Positions 1 to 17,274 of a stretch of DNA of 64,000 bases are shown here, piece after piece. A model generated the notes under the pieces. It was given only the letters and a program-made list of their open reading frames with translations, was not told where the DNA came from and searched no databases. Each line of letters starts with the position of its first letter. Position 1 is the stretch's first letter. Position numbers and translations under genes: made by a program. The stretch is from Eledone cirrhosa (Eukaryota), in NCBI GenBank assembly GCA_964016885.1, contig OZ024740.1, positions 339,016,001 through 339,080,000 of the forward strand, read 5' to 3'.

Positions 1-60
1 ATAAATATATATATATATATATATAAATATATATATAAATATATATATATATATAAATAT

Positions 61-703
61 GTTGAACAAACAGGTGACGTGGTTGCCTAAACACTGCAGG
101 GCGTAATTCGGGCTGTTTGTTTGTTTACAAACAAACCGAGCATTATAATAAATGTTCGGTAAGCCGATACGTGCATATATATATGTGCATGTATGTATAT
201 ATATACATACTACTGTACGTCTGTATACATATATGTATGTACGTATACATACATACTTGCATTTAAGTAAGTGCCGTACTAAGAGTGAGAAAGGACATTT
301 CGTTTCATTCTATTCCATTTATAGTTTTCGGTGTGCCCAGCCGACTGAACTTACTCGATATGCAAATTAGGCTGCTCACCCGTTAATATGCATAAGGAAA
401 GTATATACTTTCAGACGTTCAACCATCTGGCAGGAAGGTATACGATGCTGACGATAGCTAATAAGCTTGAAACTAGTACATTGTTCCTGTGTCAGTGTTG
501 AACAAAAAGATGACGTGGTTGCCTAAACACTGTACGGCGTAATTCAGGCTGTTTGTTTGTTTACAAACAAACAAACCGATCATTATAATAAATGTTCGGT
601 AAACCGATACGTGCATATATATGTGTGTGCATGTATGTATATATATGAATACTACTGTACGTCTTTATACATATATGTATGTACGTATACATACATACAT
701 GCA
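61..703 (+). mobile_element. Non-coding HHR-bearing partial tandem repeat (family A; 436-nt unit, ~1.5 copies), retrozyme-like
   Basis: gttgaacaaa..gtggttgcctaaacact starts at 61 and again at 497; HHR near the unit end; no credible ORF; flanked by (TA)n; related copies at 46728 and 57121. Confidence 0.75.
431..489 (+). ncRNA. Type I minimal hammerhead ribozyme (family A)
   Basis: acgatg-CTGACGA-t agct aata agct t-GAAA-ctag-TA-cattgt; helix I extended by caggaa/ttcctg; palindromic helix III; predicted cleavage after GUA (478). Confidence 0.85.
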
Positions 704-855
704 TATAAATATATAAATATATATATATATATATATAAATATATATATATATAAATATAAATATATATAAATATATATATATACATATACACATATATAT
801 ATATATAAATATAAATATATATAAATATATATATATATACAAATATATAAATATA

Positions 856-907
<52 letters not shown>

Positions 908-952
908 AATATATATATATATAAATATATAAATATAAATATATAAATATAT

Positions 953-1355
953 ATAAATTAATAAAATAATGAATAAACAAAGAAAGAGTTCCTTATATAA
1001 AAAAAAAAAATTCATCAATTTACGATCGTTTCTAGGATATATATGTGTTAGAGTTGGTATGCATATTCTATAGATCTATGTACAATATTTATATTGTACA
1101 TAGATCTATAGAATATGCATACCAACTCTAACACATATATATCCTAGAAACGATCGTAAAATGATGAATTTTTTTTTTAATATAAGGAACTGTTTCTTTG
1201 TTTATTCATTATTTTATTAATTTATCTTGACTCTGTTTTCCGTTTATTTTTCACCGAAAGTAGTTTTTGAATGCATCTTCTCTTTTCATGATATCCGGAT
1301 TACATTGAGTTCTTCATACGGATTGGACACTACCGTAAACTTTTGGTAGATTTAT
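953..1355 (+). mobile_element. Fold-back pLTR-like fragment (palindrome 953-1225) carrying HHR 3' halves
   Basis: Near-perfect ~135-bp arms centred at 1089-1090; GAAA-cgatcg-TA at 1147-1158 and its inverse at 1021-1032. Confidence 0.6.
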
Positions 1356-1414
1356 CTAAATATATATATATATATAAATATAAATATATATAAATATATA
1401 TATATATATAAATT

Positions 1415-3990
<2,576 letters not shown>

Positions 3991-4074
3991 GAAAACATAT
4001 TTTACCGTAGAGTGCTTCCAATCTTCTGTAAAACTCATTCTTTGATATACTCATTGAATTTTGTTTAACTTTCA

Positions 4075-6128
<2,054 letters not shown>

Positions 6129-6157
6129 ATCAAAAGATGGTTAAATGAGTTCCATGT

Positions 6158-6226
6158 ATTTTATTATGCGCATTTCAAAAACAAATATCATCATGCAATA
6201 ACATTTGTGTTTTCATCAGATAAAAT
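6158..6226 (-). ncRNA. Type I hammerhead (family B)
   Basis: attttat-CTGATGA-long helix II-GAAA-tgcgca-TA-ataaaat; 7-bp helix I, palindromic helix III. Confidence 0.88.
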
Positions 6227-7094
6227 AGGAAGACATGATATGAAGGTTAAAAACACTTGTGGATAGTGCAGTTTTAAATCAACATATGAAAAGTAGTTTT
6301 AGATTGATGTGTGATATTGGGGAAAACAATTTTTTGAGGGGGGTGGGTGGAAAGGATGAACAAGAGGAGGAGATGAGAGTAAAAGTGGAGGGGGAGGAGT
6401 ATAATGAGGAAGGATGAGATAGGAGGAGAGATGTGTGATAGAGAGAGAGATATAGCTTTTATAACTGAGAAAAATATATTGTTTTACATAGAGAGGTTGA
6501 AAAACCGTTGGAAGATAATGTATAAATTAAAAGAATTTGAAAATTAACGAAGAGAAAAATAATGTAAAGTTAAGGTTTGTATATTGAAGGGTTTAATAAT
6601 ATGTGCGATGAAAAGAAATTGTTAATATGTATTAAGAATAATATTTAAGGGTTTAATAATATGTGCGATGAAAAGAAATTGTTTATATGTATTAAGAATA
6701 ATATTTAAAGGTTTAATTATATGTGCGATCGAAAGAAAATGTTGATATGTATTATTAAAAATAAAAAAAAGTAATGTAAGTAAGGATATATTGTGAGATG
6801 AGCATGAATAAGTTAGATGAAAGGGAGAAAAAAATAATGAATAGAGGATGAATAAGCTAACGTCAAAAAAAAATGTTTATGTTTACGAAGGATTTTTTCA
6901 AGGTGATATAAAGTATTGTGTAATAATTGTTTCTATGTTAGGCACAGTGAGAAAAGGTACAGATTAGGGGTTAGAAATTAAAAGAAAAAGAAAAGAAAAG
7001 GAAAAGGAAGAAAGGGAAGTGATAAATAGGAGTGATATAGAATATAATAAATAACTTTGAAATAAGGTAGAAAGATGGGTATATTTTAAAAGAA

Positions 7095-7144
<50 letters not shown>

Positions 7145-7193
7145 ATGTGTGTGGCTTTGAGAAAAGGATTCTGAATTGATAAAGTTTAGGATA

Positions 7194-8670
7194 TTAGCTG
7201 TATACTTTATGGAAAGTTCTGTGGAATTTATGCAAGCAGAGAGAAAACAAGTCAGTGCGTCTATTTATTATAGAATCTAAATTAGATATAATGGTAAATT
7301 TTTCATTTAGACAGAGATTGCAAGTCTTGGATAGAGAACTGTTCAAGTATAGAGAAGCAGAGGAAACCTTTTTCCAAGAGATGTTATATTTAATATTTTT
7401 GTCTTTCAAGGACCATATGAGTTCTGAGAGAGTCGTGTTGGTTCTTTTAAGTTGGTATTTAAAAGACGAATGATGATTATAAAGACGAGCTTTAAACGAG
7501 GTGGAAGTGGAGCCAAAATAGGTGAAGGAATTGGTGTCAGTTATAACTTTACATTCGTAGATTAAGTTTTTATCAAGACAATGGTTGTTGAGAGAACATT
7601 TATTTTTAACAGGGCAATTGCAATTGCGATTAGAGAGATTAGCAGAGTTATTAACAAGTGACCTAGTGTTATCTATAGAAGGAATTGGATTGGAGAAGTT
7701 ATTTACGATAGGAATACTAGTTTCTTGATTTAGAATGGGATTAATAACATTTAGCGAAGTTGTGTTTGACATTGTATTTGGGTTTTCAGAAATTAGCCTA
7801 GAGCTTACAATGACGTCGAGAGTACTATTACTATTTTATGATATTCAGTGTTGGAAGGAAGAGATTTAGTATTTAGTATTTTATTGTTGTGTTTAGAGAT
7901 AATGTTGGAAATGTTGGAGGATGTCGAATAGGAAAATTTTATAGTGTGTTTGTTAAATATTTTACTATAGATATGTGAGGGAGGGAAGCATTTATTTAAG
8001 GCACTAAAGAATAATTTAGGAATATTATTATTAATAGAGATGGAAAAAGGAGCATTATACCAGATTATGTTTTTGTATCCAGGTCTTTTATTAAAGTTAT
8101 TGGAATAATCATGATTAATTATTCTACTGTAAGATCTTCTAGAATTTGTTTCTTTATTATATTTGATTTTATCAGGATAGCTGGCTTTAGAAAGCGCGTT
8201 ATTATAGTAATTGGCGTTAGCATCGAAGATGTTTTTATTAGAAGATAGGTTAGATATTCTTTTTCCAATATTACTAACTATAGCATTCTTAATATTAGTA
8301 GGGTGGTTAGATTTAAAATTAACATAATTTAGGTTCTCATTGTTTTTATGGTAAGGGTAATATAGGCCAGTGTCAAGATTAAGAGATACATCCAAGAAAT
8401 TAGCTAGTTTGATGCTGTTATCAAATTCAATTTTTAGGTTATGTTGGTTAAAGAGATTACGTATATTGTTTTTAATATTATTAAGGTTAACTATGTTGCA
8501 ATTTAAGATAGTAAAGAGTCCATCGTCACGATAAATTCCACCGCGAAGTTGAGGAATTTTCCGACTCAAAGAGTTCAAAATAAAGATACCAATTAAATCT
8601 GTCAATTGGGATGAATCGGATGCTCCCATTGTGATGTCGAAGTTGTTAGAGGTATCAGCTCTGGTCCAAT
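7194..8670 (-). pseudogene. PLE RT C-terminal half + GIY-YIG endonuclease, one frameshift near 7835
   Basis: FDITMGA..IYRDDGL..FLDVSLNL..YVNFKSNHP; LIYECKV..YFGST..FKARLYNH..CNLCLNEK; the copy near 24285 has the extra base that restores the frame. Confidence 0.9.
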
Positions 8671-8841
8671 ATTCACTTTTTACTCTCATCTCCTCCACTT
8701 TTTCATCCTTTCCAACCCCTCCACTCCTAAAAAAAAAAATTTTTTCTCCAATATCACACATCAATCTAAAACTACTTTTCATATGTTGATTTAAAACTGC
8801 ACTATCCACAAGTGTTTTTAACCTTCATATCATGTCTTCCT

Positions 8842-8910
8842 ATTTTATCTGATGAAAACACAAATGTTATTGCATGATGATATTTGTTTTTGAAATGCGC
8901 ATAATAAAAT
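8842..8910 (+). ncRNA. Type I hammerhead (family B, inverted pLTR)
   Basis: CTGATGA 8849-8855, GAAA 8892-8895, tgcgca, TA, ataaaat. Confidence 0.88.
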
Positions 8911-9037
8911 ACATGGAACTCATTTAACCATCTTTTGATCTTATATATTATGTATACTCCAGTCCTACAAACTGTAGAGTGCTTCTTATCCGATATCTGC
9001 ATTGCTTTATTGTACTACAATAAAACTCACCTCCTAC

Positions 9038-9105
<68 letters not shown>

Positions 9106-9109
9106 AAAG

Positions 9110-9558
9110 AATAGAGGTGTAACACACAAGTTATTATATATTGGTAAACGGAATAGAAAATGCTGACAAATTGTTCACAGTGAAAAATAGTTTAATTAGG
9201 AATAAGTGAGAATTAGTAATTGTATTGGTTAGTATTCAGTTTTGGTTTTAAGTTTTACCGGTTGCGCATTTCTAATGCTTTTCAAAAATAATTTTGAGAT
9301 AGAGCGTCCGTGATGTTTGCTCTGATCTGATTAGTTTTGGGAATTCTACCTGTTTTTATGTTAAAAAAGTGGCTCCAGCGGTATTAAAATGAGTTTTGCG
9401 CCTATTCGTGTTGCAAAAATTGTTGTGGTCAAAACAATTTTGATTGGTCGGTAGAGGTCATGTGAATGTAAAAAATTGATTTTGCGCCAAATGTAGGTTT
9501 GTGTCGGCTGACTGAGAGATGACTCTTTCGCAACAAATATGTGTGTGTGTGTGTGTGT

Positions 9559-9630
<72 letters not shown>

Positions 9631-9719
9631 TAGTAGTAAAGTGTTCGTTGTTGTTATAATGGTCAGCAGGGATGTGTGTGCGAACCGCAGCCTGTTGACA
9701 GTTCAAATGCCTATTAAGA

Positions 9720-9810
<91 letters not shown>

Positions 9811-9919
9811 CAGAGTAATTCGTGGTAGAGGGATGGTCAGTAGAAATGTGTCTGTAAGTGAGTGGGGGATATTTTAACATGTTAAAAGATATTTTTCAGC
9901 TCTTGTCTTATACGGAGAA

Positions 9920-9951
<32 letters not shown>

Positions 9952-11755
9952 CTCTTTGTATGTTAATGTACGCGTGTGTATGTGTGTGTGTATATATGTG
10001 TGTGTGTGTGTGAGAATGTGTGTGTGTGGGTGGACCAGTATTTTTTTCCTGGTAAAATGGTGTACATTATTCGATATTTTCAGTAAAATCGATTCTCTCA
10101 ATAGAACATCAAAAACCTTAATAATAAAAAAAGGTGTGAAATGATATATAGTATTGGCATAATACCAAGGTGTGTGTGTGTGTCCAGATTGTACGTACTG
10201 AAAGGGGGAACCCCTAGGCCTTGCCGTATTGGAATACCTGTCCACAGATATGTATCTGGAGTGTGTCCAGAAATTGTATACCTGTGCACAAATATGTATC
10301 TGGAGTGTGTCCAGATTGTAAGGCCTTGCCGTATTGGAATACCTGGGCAGAAATATGTATCTGGAGTGTGTCCAGAAATTGTATACCTGTGCACAAACTG
10401 TACACTTGTGCACAAATTGTTCACATGTATCTGGAGTGTGTCCAGAAATTGTATACCTGTGTACAAATATGTATCTGGAGTGTGTCCAGATTGCACGTAC
10501 TGCAAGGGGAAGTCATTAGGCTTTGCCGTATTGGAATAACTGTGCACAAAAATGTATGTGCCCATCAGTGTGCAATGCATGTGTTCGTTTATGTATGTGT
10601 GTGTGCCGGCACGTTTATATCTATAGACATCAAAAGGTATGCAAATGTGTGTATATTTCTGTTGCACCATAGAACATGTGTCTTTACGTATGTCATTGTG
10701 TTTATATGTGGGTAGAAATGTGTGCTGATGTAGGTATGTATGTTGACGTGTGTATGTTGTGGGTTCGTCTTAGGGAGAAGTGTTTAGACGGGGTCCGTAT
10801 TTGTTAATAAAGTAAGATTCCTTGCTGATGCGCTGGGTGTGGGTGGCATTATCTTTAAATTTGTAGAGGGGAAAGATTCTGAAGTTGGGATGATTTTGGG
10901 CGGCACAGGTATCAATGTGTTCACTCAGTGGTATTTTCCTGTTTTCCCGTATTTTAATTTGGGATCTATGGACAGTCATACGTTGGCGGATGCTGTTTCT
11001 GTTCTGGCCTATGTATTGTTCTCGACAACCTGAGCAAGTTAATACATATATTAGATTTTCCGATGCACATGTGAAATTGTGTTTTACTATAAAACGTTGT
11101 CCTTCTTTGAAATATAATTCCAAACCCTCTATTAGGTTGATGCAAATGCCACAGTTGGGTCTATCGCATTTTTTTACTGTGGGTTTCGTTGTTGTGGTTG
11201 GCAGTACACTCCAGATACATATTTCTGCCCAGGTATTCCAATACGGCAAGGCCTTACAATCTGGACACACTCCAGATACATATTTGTGCACAGGTATACA
11301 ATTTCTGGACACACTCCAGATGCATGTGTACAATTTGTGCACAAGTGTACAGTTTGTGCACAGGTAATATGCCAATACTATATATCATTATCACTCCAGA
11401 TACATATTTGTGCACAGGTATACAATTTCTGGACACACTCCAGATGCATGTGTACAATTTGTGCACAAGTGTACAGTTTGTGCACAGGTATACAATTTCA
11501 AGACAAACTCCAGATACATATTTGTGCACAGGTATTCCAATACGGCAAGGCCTAAGGGTTCCCCTTTCAGTACGTACAATCTGGACACACACACACACAC
11601 TCACATACACCTTGGTAATATGCCAATATTATATATCATTTCACACCTTTTTATTATTAAGGTTTTTGATGTTCTATTGAGAGAATCGATTTTACTGAAA
11701 ATATCGAATAATGTACACCATTATACCAGGAAAAAAATAATGGCCCACCCACACA

Positions 11756-11803
<48 letters not shown>

Positions 11804-11833
11804 TATACACACGCGTACATTAACATACAAAGA

Positions 11834-11898
<65 letters not shown>

Positions 11899-12005
11899 CT
11901 CCGTATAAGACAAGAGCTGAAAAATATCTTTTAACATGTTAAAATATCCCCCACTCACTTACAGACACATTCCTACTGACCATCCCTCTACCACGAATTA
12001 CTCTG

Positions 12006-12040
<35 letters not shown>

Positions 12041-12210
12041 TCTTAATAGGCATTTGAACTGTCAACAGGCTGCGGTTCGCACACACATCCCTGCTGACCA
12101 TTATCACAACAACGAACACTTTACTACTACTACTACACACACACACATATTTGTTGTGAAAGAGTCATCTCTCAGTCAGCCGACACAAACTTACATTTGG
12201 CGCAAAATCA
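9110..12210 (-). mobile_element. 5'-truncated PLE (family E): GIY-YIG end 11207-10770, long 3' UTR, ~1-kb inverted UTR copy 11205-12210
   Basis: CDRPNCGIC..NLIYVLTCSGCREQYIGQ; very similar to 49795-50234; 9478-10460 is inverted at 11205-12210. Confidence 0.88.
10185..10550. repeat. ~45-bp minisatellite in PLE 3' UTR (mirror array at 11205-11590)
   Basis: Recurrent tgtatctggagtgtgtccagaaattgtatacctgtgcacaaa. Confidence 0.85.
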
Positions 12211-12659
12211 GTAGTGTAGGGGAACGGATAAATGAACACTGGCGAGACCTTCAAGATAATAAAGAATCATCTGTACTCTACCAACATGCTAAGATAGAAC
12301 ACAAGAGTAAATTAGAGAACATAGAAATAAAAATATAATCTACACACAGAAAAGACGCAATGTTTAGACAAATTACAGAGGCAATAAACATAAAAGAATT
12401 ACAACCAAAATTAAATAGAAAATATGAGTGGAACAGCAACATCACAACTTACAATTAAGGACAAAATGAAAACACACACACACATAGAACAAACAACCAA
12501 CCAGTAACATATAAATAAACAAATAAATAAATGAACATAAACACACACAGACACACGGATGTGGCGCATGCGCAGACTGAGCACACAGCACACACACAGA
12601 AACAAAATGGCGTAGGACAGAACAAAGGAGAGGCACAGAAACAAAGAAAGGAATCCCCA

Positions 12660-12702
12660 GTCACTGAAGAGGTCACAGAGTGTGTGACGAAAGAACTATG
12701 AC
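12660..12702 (+). ncRNA. Type I minimal hammerhead (family C, 5' pLTR)
   Basis: gtca-CTGAAGA-g-gtcaca gagtg tgtgac-GAAA-gaac-TA-tgac. Confidence 0.82.
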
Positions 12703-12829
12703 AATATATAAACAACTATCTGGTTGTGGAACCAACCAACCAGAAATTTATAAATTTATAAATTTATTATAAATTTATTATAATAAATTGAAGTGAAAGC
12801 AACTGGTGCGTGTGTTTCTTATTGGCAAT

Positions 12830-15800
12830 ATGACCCTCCCAAAGTATAACAATATCGGTTTCAACACACGATTTCAGATAAAGAATCTTGCTAAACAAAT
12901 TCAGAAACGAAATATCGTAAGCCTTAGCCAGGCTAACAAGATACTGAAAACCACCATGTTCTGTTGACTACGAAAAACCATAACATCTCGACAACTACAC
13001 TTCATAAAAGAATGTGCCTCGTCCCGAGTTTACACCAACACCATCAACACCGACGTAACAAGATTACAACTCACCAAAAAACAAGCAGATAAGCTAAAAC
13101 GAACACTAATTCTAAACATAAAAAAGAAGATCTATAGAGAATTAAGTCGTCAAGAAAAACATAAGCGTAACCTACTACAAGAAATAGCTAGGATCACCAC
13201 ACCAAGAGAGAAACTAATATTTATAAGCCTTATACGTCCTGAAGAACAGTACATTACTCAAGAATGTGATAAGCACTTTAACAAGAAACTAAAGTGGGTT
13301 AAGCAGATAAAGCTAAATCAGGATACTATAGAGAATACCAATAGATATCCCGACAAAATTGACGGTATAAATATGGCCGACACCTCATTAACAGATGAGT
13401 TCAACAACAACAACAACACAAATATATACGGCAACACAGTAATAGATGACGATGAATTATCTGTATAACAACTTCCACCTAAGTATGCGACATTCAAGAA
13501 GGTAAATATGATTAGTTGTCTGTCAGAAATAGAAAAATCATTTACAAAACTACGCTGGAGCCTCAAAAACAAAAAGAAAAACAAAAGCAACAATATACGC
13601 ACACATCCCAACAACAACAGACACACAGACACAAACAACAATAACAACAACACACACACCAACAACAACAACAATAATAACATACCCAGAAACAACAACA
13701 ACATACACGCAGACACAAACAACAATAACAAGACACACAACAATAATAACACACAGGGAGACTACAACAACACACATCAACAACAGCACACATCAACAAC
13801 AACAACACACACACATTCAATGCCTCTCACCACCACCACAATCTTAACAAACACACAGACACAGAAAACAAGTAATGACAGTAGCACAGAAATCACAGAA
13901 ATAAGGGAAAGTAATAGGATTAAAAGGAGAAGGGAGACTAAGGACAAAGAAAATAACCAAGACGAACACACAGACACACAAAATAGGGTAGATAACAACA
14001 ATGAGCCAGTGGAAAGAGACAGGAGTAATTATGAGAGACATAGAAACAACCATGAGGCTGTTGGTGGAAATAGAAATAGAAACAACACAACTAACAATAA
14101 CAATAGCACTAGTAAACATAAAGCAGCAGCCTGGAACTCTACTTTTTATAATCCCTCCGATAAATCGTTCGACCTGCGACGAGTCCACACCACGACTTTA
14201 CCATTTAACAAACGCACGCAATTGCCGTCGCAGGTCGATGAACAAACAGAAGCACAATTTAGTATAGCTAGATCCGAACTTAGAAATATTATAGAACAGT
14301 ATAGCAAGAAGCATAATAGAATGGAGGCCCAGCAACTGGGAGAAAAATCTGCAAATAGCTTGCGTAAGCTCATGCAGCGCTCGCGTAATGGAGAGATAGC
14401 ATGCTTTCCAACAGACAAGTCTGGCAGAATGTCGGTTGACAGCCTGCCAAACTACATCCAGGCAATGCAACCCCACATCACTAACACAAGAGAGGTAACA
14501 CCACAGGAGCATGAGGATAGAGAAAAAGCCGTCAATGCCCATATGGTGATGTGGACGAATATAATGCAGCCCAACAAAAGGAATGCCAACAACTTCCAGG
14601 CCTGGAGCAATGACGTGCCGGCGTTGTATGGGCTTCGAAAAGAGCATAAAACGGGCAGTGACCCTGTCGCGGGACCACCAACACGGCCAGTCTGTGGAGC
14701 TAACATTGCTAGTAACTACAGACTGTCCTACTTCCTCTCCCTGATCATACGCCCCATTATTGAAATGTCCCCAGATGTATGTGACAGCACGGAGGACCTC
14801 CTCAGCAGAATCAGCGTGAGTAACCGATCTAGGGACATAACAAACTGCATAATAGGTAGTATGGATGTTGTGTCCCTGTATCCATCTATTGACGTGGATT
14901 TTGCTGTGGAGAAATGCGTAGAAATGATCAGTGAGAGCAATGTTGAGTTCCGTGGGATTGATACCAGTGAGCTGGGACACCTACTTAAACTTACCTATAG
15001 TAATAATTACCTAGACACATATGACCTTAGCAACCTGTGCCCTACAAGACCAGCAAGAGGCAGACCACCTACCATTACCTCAATGGCCAAGAAAACCCAC
15101 ACAGATAGACGGAACGGGTGGACCAGAGCCATACGGACACCCGAAAACCACGATGAACTGAAGAAAATGATTGCACATGCGGTAGGGGCCAGCATAAAAT
15201 TAACCCTTAAGGAACATATGTTCAAATTTAATGGTAAAACATATGCCCAAGAGGAAGGAGCAGCCATTGGTGTTAGCATTGCAGGCGACATAGCTATCTT
15301 ATTCATGGTATGGTGGGACAGTAGACTTAAACTTAAGCTTAAAGAACAATTAGAAGACCCCTTAACCCTGATAATGTACTCCCGCTACGTTGATGATATA
15401 AACATCGTAGTTAAGACACCCCCACTAGAGAACAGTTAGGAACTAGAGAAAAACACAATGGAAAGCATCCAGCAAATAGCTAACTCCATCCACCAGAGCA
15501 TTAGAGTTACTATAGACTACCCAAGTAAACACCCCAACCATCGATTACCTGTACTAGACACAGAGTTCTGGTTAGATACCATTAATAACAAAAAACAAAT
15601 CCTCCATTCGCATTATGCCAAACCCATGACTTCCAAACATCTGATCCACCGAAACTCGGCCGTTTCGGACCATACCAAAATCAACATACTGATTGCGGAT
15701 TTGGTACGGGTGATGAGAAACGTGTCCCGCATGTGCAACCCCGAAGAACTAGAGAGACACATACAACACTTCATCCACCGTATGCAGTTCTCTGGCTACA

Positions 15801-16518
15801 ATCAGAGAGATAAAATCAGAGTGTATAGAGGAGCCAGAACCAAATGGGAAAAAATGGTAAATAATGACATAAATGGGACCTGCCCCTTGTATAGGAGCAA
15901 ATTTTGGAATAGAATAGAAAGAACTAGGAACAAGGCTAATAGAATAAACTCATGGTATGATAGCAATAAATATCAGAGTGTAATGTTCATCGATACAACC
16001 CCTAGAGGTGAATTAGCTTACAAATTTAGAAGGGCCCTAAATAAACATAAACTCAATATTAAGATAGTAGAAAGACCAGGTACCTCTGTAAAAACACTTA
16101 TTAGCAAGACATACCCTTTTCAAAGACCCCCATGTATAGATAAGAAATGTATAACCTGTAAAATAAGCCCCCATATTAACTGTAAAACTAGAAATGTAGT
16201 GTATAGCATAAGATGTACTGAAGGACAATGTAGAGACAAAAATATAGTGTACATAGGTGAGACAGCTAGTAGTGTAGGGGAACGGATAAATGAACACTGG
16301 CGAGACCTTCAAGATAGTAAAGAATCATCTGTACTCTACCAACATGCTAAAATAGAGAACACAAGGGTAAATTAGAGAACATAGAAATAAAAATAGAATC
16401 TACACACAGAAAAGATGCAACGTTTAGACAAATTACAGAGGCAATAAACATAAAAGAATTACAACCAAAATTAAATAGAAAATACGAGTGGAACAGCAAC
16501 ATCACAAATTACAATTAA
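12830..16518 (+). pseudogene. PLE polyprotein: N-terminal region, Asn-rich linker, RT, Cys linker, GIY-YIG; several stops and frameshifts
   Basis: PTDKSGRM, LYGLRKEHK, RPVCG, SMDVVSLYPSI, QEEGAAIG, YSRYVDD, CIDKKCITC, NVVYSIRC..YIGET; in-frame TAG at 15437; 2-nt insertion near 16357. Confidence 0.9.
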
Positions 16519-16719
16519 GGACAAAATGAAAACACACACACACATAGAACAGACAACCAACCAGTAACATGTAAATAAACAAATAAATAAATGAACGTAA
16601 ACACACACAGACACCCGGATGTGGCGCATGCGCAGACTGAGCACACAACACACACACAGAAACAAAATGGCGTAGGACAGAACAAAGGAGAGGCACAGAA
16701 ACAAAGAAAGGAATCCCCA

Positions 16720-16762
16720 GTCACTGAAGAGGTCACAGAGTGTGTGACGAAAGAACTATGAC
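16720..16762 (+). ncRNA. Type I minimal hammerhead (family C, 3' pLTR)
   Basis: Same motif 4060 nt downstream of the first. Confidence 0.82.
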
Positions 16763-17274
16763 AATATATAAACAACTATCTGGTTGTGGAACCAACCAAC
16801 CAACCAGAAATCTATAAATTTATAAATTTATTATAAATTTATTATAATAAATTGAAGTGAAAGCAACTGGTGCGTGTGTTTCTTATTGGCAACATGACCC
16901 TCCCAAAGTATAACAATATCGGTTTCAACACACGATTTCAGATAAAGAATCTTGCTAAACAAATTCAGAAACGAAATATATATATAATAATAAAAATATA
17001 TATAAATATAGTATTAATTGTACTATTTATGGTTATGAAAATACAAAAACCTCTTGCAGTTATATGTATTTTTTATACAAACCCTAAATAGTGGTAGGCA
17101 GTAATGTATTACTACCTTATTACCAGTAAGTTAAGTAGCTCAATGTAAACACATCAGATGATTTACAGAGCAGTTATATGAAATATAAGAATCAAAGAAC
17201 TGTTATAAATATATATATAAATATATATATATATATAAATATATATATATATAAATATATATATATATAAATAT

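Larger units (their letters stand above)
12211..16979 (+). mobile_element. Full-length PLE (family C) with direct pLTRs 12211-12915 and 16269-16979
   Basis: ~705-bp direct repeats, each containing the ORF 3' end, an HHR and the ORF start (MTLPKYNN); RT and GIY-YIG lie between them; ends in (TA)n. Confidence 0.93.

Noticed and set aside
10185-11590. Regular repeats resembling a CRISPR array
   Set aside because: Intervening sequences are themselves repeated, there are no cas genes, and the context is a eukaryotic PLE UTR.
12960-12970. In-frame TGA in the PLE ORF as possible selenocysteine (known for Naiad PLEs)
   Set aside because: The context fits CGA-to-TGA decay, the element has a C-terminal endonuclease and other TAA/TAG lesions, and no SECIS was recognised.
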